64,000 nucleotides of DNA from Candidatus Latescibacterota bacterium. GTDB taxonomy: Bacteria; Latescibacterota; UBA2968; GCA-2709665. The notes under the pieces are model-generated. The model was not told the DNA's origin and searched no databases. It worked only from the letters and a program-made list of their open reading frames with translations. A program made the position numbers and the translations under genes. Where the stretch lies: NCBI GenBank assembly GCA_965203805.1, contig OZ241917.1:352001-416000 (forward strand), read 5' to 3'. Positions 57,871 through 64,000 of the stretch are shown here, in pieces (the stretch's first letter is position 1; every line of letters begins with the position of its first letter).

Positions 57871-57900
57871 AGCCCACCTGCCACGGAGCGGGTGGGTTTT
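57871..57900 (+). terminator. Intrinsic terminator, plus-strand polarity
   Basis: CCCACCTGC/GCGGGTGGG hairpin plus TTTT; lies just past the stop of the convergent DUF1080 gene. Confidence 0.6.
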
Positions 57901-57913
57901 CTGTTGGGATGGG

Positions 57914-58492
57914 TCAGCGTTTTTCGATGACGATGTTGCGGAACCAGATCCGGCTGTTGTGGTCCTGCAGGCCGATGTACCCGGTTTCGGTCATTTCGCA
58001 ATACGCGCGGTTGAATTTGTTGGGCGTGCCGTCCGGGTTCCGTCCCGGTGTGGTCCACCCTGCGAGGTTCATTTCGGTGACTTGTTCGCCGTTCAAAGTG
58101 ACCCGGATGTCATTGTCCACGGCGTAAATCTCCATGTCATTCCACTCGCCCGCGGGTTTGCAGGCGTTGTGCGTGGGGGCCTGTACATCATACACCGCGC
58201 CGCAGCATTTCGTGGTTGCGGGTTCCCGTCCGTGCGTATCCAGGATCTGAATTTCAATGCCGGTCTGCACGGGGTCGTCCAGATCGGTCCATCGGAAGAA
58301 CACGCCGCTGTTGGCCCCGGATGGGTGCCTGAACTCCAGCGATAGCTCGAAATCCCTGAACAGGTCGTCCGTATAATACAGGTAGTCTCCCTTTTCCGCG
58401 GTGCAGAAGATACACCCTTGATCAATCGTCCAGCCATCGGGATTGCCTGTGGCTGCCCAGCCGTCGAGGGTTCTACCGTCGAATAGTTGCAT
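57914..58492 (-). CDS. DUF1080 / 3-keto-disaccharide hydrolase family protein
   Basis: LFDG.TL.GW, DFEL.LEF, NSGVF.R, EIQILD, GEWN, G.IGLQDH....WFRNI. Confidence 0.92.
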   Translation of the reverse strand: MQLFDGRTLDGWAATGNPDGWTIDQGCIFCTAEKGDYLYYTDDLFRDFELSLEFRHPSGANSGVFFRWTDLDDPVQTGIEIQILDTHGREPATTKCCGAVYDVQAPTHNACKPAGEWNDMEIYAVDNDIRVTLNGEQVTEMNLAGWTTPGRNPDGTPNKFNRAYCEMTETGYIGLQDHNSRIWFRNIVIEKR

Positions 58493-58649
58493 GGATCGTC
58501 CTTTCTGAGAAACTGAATCGGAGATCTTGCACCGGAGTGAGCGCCGGTCCGGCAGCGACGGCTGCGCGAACGCGGAACCATTACGCGGCAATATCGGTTA
58601 AATTGGACAGAAAATAAAGTGAAAGTCACACACTTCGGGAGGGAACCTC

Positions 58650-59951
58650 ATGGTCAGGCAATTCACGTGCGTGATGTGTTTTCTGACGCTTTTCCCGCTC
58701 TGCATTTACGCAGATAACTGGCCCGAGTGGCGCGGGCCGCGGCAGAACGGGGTGAGTTCCGCCCGGAATCTCCCCACGTCATGGAGCCTTGAAGAGAATA
58801 TCGTCTGGAAGGCCGGATTGCCTTCGTGGAGCGGCAGCACACCCGTTATATGGGAAGACCGCATCTTCCTCACGTCGCCGTCGCCTGCTCAAAGGCCTGA
58901 GGAGCGGGAACCGGGCGGGCCCGAGATATACATCCTGTGTCTTTCGAGGAAAGACGGCAATGAGCAATGGCGGTACAAACTGGGCGATGGCAACGTATTG
59001 TGGCGCAAACACAACAGCACGTCCCCCTCTCCGGTCACCGATGGCGCGCACGTGTGGGTGGTCACCGGAAACGGGGTGGTGACGTGCCTCGATATGGACG
59101 GAAAGCCGATCTGGACGCGCGATATTCAAAAGGACTACGGAGATTTCGGTCTGAATTTCGGGTATGCGTCGTCACCGATCCTGCATGATGGCAAGCTCGT
59201 CCTGCAGGTGCTTCACGGATCGTACACGGATGATCCCTCGTATATCGTCGCGCTGGACGCCGCCAGCGGAAGGGAAGTCTGGCGCGAAGCGCGCGCGACC
59301 GATGCGGTGCGGGAGTCTCCCGATTCGTACACGACCCCCGCGCTGCTGGAGCACGACGGCGGGACCCAGATCGTCATTACAGGCGGGGATTGCGTGACGG
59401 GGCACGATCCGGCTACGGGGCGTGAAGCCTGGCGGGCATACGGGTTGAATCCCGAGCGCAGGGGCAATTATCGGATCGTGGCGTCGCCCGTGGTGGTCGA
59501 CGGGATGATTTACGCGCCGACCCGGCGGCGCCCCCTGCTGGCCCTGGCTGCCGGCGGGACCGGAGACGTTTCACGGAACGTGAAGTGGAAGTGGGAAGGC
59601 GCCGGCGCGCCGGATGTGCCCACGCCGGTCTGTGACGGGAAGTACTTTTACATGGTGGATGACCGAGGTCTGGCGACATGTCTCGACGCGAAGACCGGCG
59701 CCGTCGTCTGGGGACCGGAGAGGACGGCGCAGGGCATCGTGAGCGCGTCGCCTCATCTCGCCGACGGCAAGCTGTTTCTGCTGAACGAATACGCCGTGAC
59801 GACCGTGCTGGCCGCCGGTCCCGAGTTCAAGGTCCTGGCGACCAATGAACTGGACGATACCTACACGCTTTCATCGCCGGTGTCCGCGGGATCCCGGCTC
59901 TTTATACGGACGGCGACGCACTTGTATTGTATCGGGCATAAGACCGAGTAA
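58650..59951 (+). CDS. Secreted PQQ-like beta-propeller protein (BamB-like)
   Basis: Signal peptide, WP.WRG, repeated SSP/TP and D..TG...W blades. Confidence 0.9.
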   Translation: MVRQFTCVMCFLTLFPLCIYADNWPEWRGPRQNGVSSARNLPTSWSLEENIVWKAGLPSWSGSTPVIWEDRIFLTSPSPAQRPEEREPGGPEIYILCLSRKDGNEQWRYKLGDGNVLWRKHNSTSPSPVTDGAHVWVVTGNGVVTCLDMDGKPIWTRDIQKDYGDFGLNFGYASSPILHDGKLVLQVLHGSYTDDPSYIVALDAASGREVWREARATDAVRESPDSYTTPALLEHDGGTQIVITGGDCVTGHDPATGREAWRAYGLNPERRGNYRIVASPVVVDGMIYAPTRRRPLLALAAGGTGDVSRNVKWKWEGAGAPDVPTPVCDGKYFYMVDDRGLATCLDAKTGAVVWGPERTAQGIVSASPHLADGKLFLLNEYAVTTVLAAGPEFKVLATNELDDTYTLSSPVSAGSRLFIRTATHLYCIGHKTE

Positions 59952-60133
59952 GAAAGGGGCATCGTTGCGAATTAGGATAGCCGTTGACACGTTGATGCAG
60001 AATCATATATTGATGCGGTTTGCGACGTGCCGTACGGATAACAGGTTGCCTGCATCGTCGGCAGATTGGCGGGGTATGTTCGGGACAGGGCGCCGATGCG
60101 GATTCGAACACGGAATTGTAAAAGGGGGAATCT

Positions 60134-61297
60134 ATGAAACTGAATATCGGCCTTCTGGGATATTCGTTCATGGGCAAGGCGCACAGTAACGCGTTCCGGA
60201 AGGTCCCGATGTTTTTCCCGGATACGGGCGTCGAGCCGGTGATGAAGGTGATTTGCGGTTCCAACCGGGAGAACGTAGCTGAAGCGGCGCGCACGTTCGA
60301 CTGGGAGGAGTACCATACGAACTGGGAGGACGTGGTCGCCCGCGACGACATCGACGTGATCGATATCTGCACGCCCGGAAACCTGCATATGCCGATGGCG
60401 ATCGCCGCCCTGGAGGCCGGGAAGCACGTCATCTGCGAAAAGCCGCTTGCGAATAATCTGGACGAGGCCAGGGCCATGCTGAGGGCCGCCGAGAACTCCC
60501 GCGGGAAGACCATGGTCGCGTACAACTACCGGCGCGTGCCGGCCGTGGCCCTCGCGAGACAGTTGATCGAGGAGGGGAGAATCGGGGAAATCTACCACTG
60601 GCGGGCGGTGTACCTGCAGGACTGGATCATCGATCCCGGCTTCCCGATGGTGTGGCGATTCGAGAAGGACAAGGCGGGTTCAGGGCCGCACGGAGATTTG
60701 AATGCGCATATCGTCGATCTGGCGCTGCATCTGGTGGGGGATATCGATTCCGTCGTCGGGGCCGACACCACGTTTATCAGGAAACGCCCGCTGGCGGAGT
60801 CCATCGATGCCTCACTGGGCGCCACGGGAAGCGCGTCCGAACGCATGGGAACCGTTACCGTGGACGATGCAACCCTGTTCCTGGCGCGATTCCGGAACGG
60901 TGCGCTGGGGTCGTTCGAAGCCACCCGGTTTGCGGCCGGCAGGCGCAACCACAACCGGTTTGAAATCAATGGAAGCAAGGGCAGCGTGGCGTTCAACCTG
61001 GAAAAGATGAACGAGTTGCAGTTCTATTCCCGGGAGGACGAGGGGCACATTCAGGGATTCCGTGAAATCATCGTGAACGAAGGCGAGCATCCGTACATAT
61101 CGGCCTGGTGGCCGCCGGGCCATATCATCGGGTGGGAGCATACGTTTGTACATGAGGTCAAGGACTTTTTCGAAGCGATCGCCAACGACCGGGAGGCGTC
61201 GCCGAATTTCAGGGAAGGCGCAAGGGTCCAGGCGGTGCTGGAAGCGACGAGCGATTCGGCGCGATCGGACCGGTGGCGGGACGTCCCGGAAGTGTAA
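60134..61297 (+). CDS. Gfo/Idh/MocA oxidoreductase (glycoside 3-dehydrogenase-like)
   Basis: G..FMG.AHS, CEKP, NYRR.PA, YLQDW, DL.AH..D, WWP.GH..G.EH.F. Confidence 0.92.
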   Translation: MKLNIGLLGYSFMGKAHSNAFRKVPMFFPDTGVEPVMKVICGSNRENVAEAARTFDWEEYHTNWEDVVARDDIDVIDICTPGNLHMPMAIAALEAGKHVICEKPLANNLDEARAMLRAAENSRGKTMVAYNYRRVPAVALARQLIEEGRIGEIYHWRAVYLQDWIIDPGFPMVWRFEKDKAGSGPHGDLNAHIVDLALHLVGDIDSVVGADTTFIRKRPLAESIDASLGATGSASERMGTVTVDDATLFLARFRNGALGSFEATRFAAGRRNHNRFEINGSKGSVAFNLEKMNELQFYSREDEGHIQGFREIIVNEGEHPYISAWWPPGHIIGWEHTFVHEVKDFFEAIANDREASPNFREGARVQAVLEATSDSARSDRWRDVPEV

Positions 61298-61365
61298 CCT
61301 GCTCCGCCCGCCCGGACGCATTGCATCGGAGGCGGGGCCGGGAGCATCTGGAAGGAGTTACGGTT

Positions 61366-62364
61366 ATGGCAAGGCCCTGTACATTGTTCACCGGTCAGTG
61401 GGCGGATCTCCCCCTGGAGGTGATGGCGGAGAAAGCGGCCGAATTCGGATACGACGGTCTGGAGCTGGCCTGCTGGGGAGACCATCTCGACGTTCGTGAG
61501 GCGGCCTCCAGCGATGGATATTGCCGGAGCCGGCACGAAATACTGGAAAAGCACGGGCTGAAGTTCTGGGCGATCAGCAATCATCTCAGCGGGCAGGCGG
61601 TATGCGACAATATCGACGAACGCCACCAGGCGATTCTGCCGCCGCACGTGTGGGGGAACGGGAATCCGGACGACGTGAAACGGCGGGCGGCCGAGGATAT
61701 GATGACGGCGGCCGAGGCAGCGAGGGCGCTCGGGGTGCGCGTGGTCAACGGCTTCACCGGGTCGTCCATCTGGCACTTGCTCTATTCGTTCCCTCCGGTG
61801 GGTCCCGATGCGATCGATGCGGGATTCAGGGATTTCGCGGATCGATGGAATCCCATTCTCGACGCATTCGAAAAGAACGACGTACGGTTTGCCCTGGAAG
61901 TGCATCCCACGGAAATCGCGTTCGATGTCTCATCCGCCGCGCGGGCGGTACAGGCGCTGGGAGGAAGAAGCGAGTTCGGATTCAACTACGATCCCAGCCA
62001 TCTGGTCTATCAGAACGTGGATTACGTGGCGTTCATCCGGGAATTCAGTGATCGCATCTACCATGTGCACATGAAAGACGCGTATCTTTCGCCTCTGCCC
62101 ACGCGAGCGGGAGTATTCGGCGGGCACACCGAGTTCGGCGACCCCGATCGTTCGTGGGATTTCCGGTCCCTGGGCCGCGGCAGCGTGGACTTTGAAGAAA
62201 TCATCCGCGCGTTGAACGACATTGGCTACGGCGGGCCCCTTTCCGTAGAGTGGGAAGATTCCGGAATGGACCGGGAACACGGGGCCGCCGAGGCTTGCGC
62301 CTTCGTAAACAGCGTGGATTTCGAACCGTCCGCCGTGGCATTCGACGCGGCTTTTGCCGAATAG
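61366..62364 (+). CDS. Sugar phosphate isomerase/epimerase (3-ketoglycoside lyase-like)
   Basis: [45 protein letters not shown]. Confidence 0.9.
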   Translation: MARPCTLFTGQWADLPLEVMAEKAAEFGYDGLELACWGDHLDVREAASSDGYCRSRHEILEKHGLKFWAISNHLSGQAVCDNIDERHQAILPPHVWGNGNPDDVKRRAAEDMMTAAEAARALGVRVVNGFTGSSIWHLLYSFPPVGPDAIDAGFRDFADRWNPILDAFEKNDVRFALEVHPTEIAFDVSSAARAVQALGGRSEFGFNYDPSHLVYQNVDYVAFIREFSDRIYHVHMKDAYLSPLPTRAGVFGGHTEFGDPDRSWDFRSLGRGSVDFEEIIRALNDIGYGGPLSVEWEDSGMDREHGAAEACAFVNSVDFEPSAVAFDAAFAE

Positions 62365-62452
62365 GTACCGGACGTTTACCACACGTGACGCTCGCGGTCG
62401 GCAGGGCGTGTCATAGGGCCTGCCGACCGCTCTTTCGTACGGAGACTTTATT

Positions 62453-64000
62453 ATGCGGATGTTTGTCGTTCTGCTGATTCTGTTATCGACCCTGATCGCC
62501 TGCGTTGAAGAGCGCCCCCGAACCCTGGTATTCGGAAGGGGCGGTGATACCGTGGGTCTGGATCCCGCGCTCGAGACAGACGGCGAGTCATTCAAGGTAT
62601 GCGACAATATATACGATAACCTTGTCACGTTTCAGCCGGGAACTACGGAACTGGCGCCGGGTCTCGCGGAAGCGTGGAAGGTTTCGGAAGACCTCAGGAC
62701 GTGGACGTTTCAACTCAGGAAGAACGTGAGGTTCCACGACGGTACCCCGTTCAACGCGGACGCGGTGGTCTTTTCGCTCGCCCGGCAGTTCAGACCCGAC
62801 CATCCGTTTCATCACGTCGAGGGCGCGTATCAGTATTGGAACAGCATGTCGATGAGCGACATTGTCAGCGACGTAAAGAGGGTGGACGACCACACGGTCG
62901 CCATTGAGCTGTCCCGTCCGAATGCGCCGTTTCTGTCGAATCTCGCCATGAATTTCTGTGGCATCGTCAGTCCCTCCGCCGTACGGAAACACGGCGCCGA
63001 CTTTCCCCGGCACCCCGTGGGCACCGGTCCGTTTCGGTTCGTTCAATGGATCAAGGACGACCGTGTGGTGCTGGAGCGATTTGCCGACTACTGGGGCGAT
63101 GCGCCGCAGATCGACCGGTTGATTTTCAGAAGCATTCCGGAAAATTCCGTGCGTCTGATTGCCCTCATCCAGGGTTCGATTGACGGAATGGATCACCTCG
63201 TGCCCGATTTCATCCCGAATATCGAAGGGCATCCGGAGCTTCGGCTTCTGACTCAGCCGGGGATGAACGTGGGGTACCTGGCAATGAACATGGACCGGGC
63301 CCCGTTCCATCTCTTAAAGGTGCGGCGTGCGGTGAACCACGCCATCAACAAACAGGCGCTGGTGGATAATCTGTACCAGGGTCTGGCGCTGCCCGCGGTG
63401 AATCCGATTCCGCCGTCGATGTGGAGCTATCACGAAGGCATCGACGGCTACGCCTACGATCCCGAACGCGCGCGCGAGCTGCTGGAAGACGCCGGATACG
63501 CGGAAGGATTCAAGACGACGCTGTGGGCCATGCCCGTGCCGCGCCCTTATATGCCGCAGCCCAGGAAAATAGCCCAGGCCATCCAGGCCGACCTGCAGGC
63601 GGTGGGTATAGAGGCGGAAATCGTGAGTTACGAATGGGGAACCTATCTGGACAAGGTTTCGCGAGGTCAGCATGATATGGCGCTTCTGGGCTGGACCGGA
63701 GACAACGGCGACCCGGACAACTTTCTTTACGTCCTTCTGGACAAGAGCGCCGCGCAACATCCCGCCAACAACATCGCGTTCTACCGCAGCGACGAACTGC
63801 ATGACGTGCTTGTGCAGGCGCAGAGGGAAGTCGACGTCGACGTCAGGACCGGGCTTTACCGCAAGGCGCAGGAGATCGTCTTCCACGATGCGCCCTGGGC
63901 ACCCCTCGTGCACGCGGCCCAGACCGCCGCTTTCAAGAAGACGGTGACCGGCTTCACCCTGCATCCCACCGGAAGCAAGTGGTTCCAGCACGTTCGTATT
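62453..64000 (+). CDS. ABC transporter substrate-binding lipoprotein, family 5 (DppA-like); runs off window end
   Basis: LIAC lipobox, PGLA..W, F.LR..V.FHDG.PFNA..V.FS, GTGPF, VR.A...AINK, GWTGDNGDPDNF. Confidence 0.93.
   Translation, partial: MRMFVVLLILLSTLIACVEERPRTLVFGRGGDTVGLDPALETDGESFKVCDNIYDNLVTFQPGTTELAPGLAEAWKVSEDLRTWTFQLRKNVRFHDGTPFNADAVVFSLARQFRPDHPFHHVEGAYQYWNSMSMSDIVSDVKRVDDHTVAIELSRPNAPFLSNLAMNFCGIVSPSAVRKHGADFPRHPVGTGPFRFVQWIKDDRVVLERFADYWGDAPQIDRLIFRSIPENSVRLIALIQGSIDGMDHLVPDFIPNIEGHPELRLLTQPGMNVGYLAMNMDRAPFHLLKVRRAVNHAINKQALVDNLYQGLALPAVNPIPPSMWSYHEGIDGYAYDPERARELLEDAGYAEGFKTTLWAMPVPRPYMPQPRKIAQAIQADLQAVGIEAEIVSYEWGTYLDKVSRGQHDMALLGWTGDNGDPDNFLYVLLDKSAAQHPANNIAFYRSDELHDVLVQAQREVDVDVRTGLYRKAQEIVFHDAPWAPLVHAAQTAAFKKTVTGFTLHPTGSKWFQHVRI

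Noticed and set aside
1-64000. tRNA, rRNA, tmRNA, RNase P, SRP RNA, prophage genes
   Set aside because: No diagnostic motifs found by eye; a covariance-model scan would be needed to exclude them fully.

Overview
GC-rich bacterial chromosomal window, mostly coding (about 50 genes). Housekeeping genes are ssb, prmA, a threonine synthase-like gene and uvrB-nadC-birA-coaX. Around them are many sugar/glycoside catabolic genes: six TIM-barrel sugar isomerase/epimerases, three Gfo/Idh/MocA oxidoreductases, SDRs, DUF1080, an RspA-type dehydratase and two PhyH dioxygenases. Dockerin-like 'DFDG..V.F.DF' tags, a plant-receptor-type LRR protein and PhyH paralogues suggest an FCB-group organism such as Latescibacterota or Gemmatimonadota, possibly sponge-associated; this is inference only. 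Mobile DNA: one complete IS1380 (5008-6688, TTAC target duplication) splitting an SDR gene, plus IS110 and IS630 remnants flanking an LRR-metalloprotease gene. No CRISPR array, rRNA or tRNA was recognised. Best novelty candidates: (1) a promoter, ~94-nt structured RNA and intrinsic terminator directly upstream of a motor-less XPB-associated/WYL gene; (2) a bacterial flavoprotein closely resembling animal OSGIN1/2; (3) a TraR/DksA zinc finger fused to an unknown domain in a coupled two-gene operon; (4) a split 'spermidine synthase' whose SAM-binding half has a lipoprotein signal; (5) two secreted zinc proteases sharing one dockerin-like tag. Family assignments come from motif recognition by eye, not database searches.
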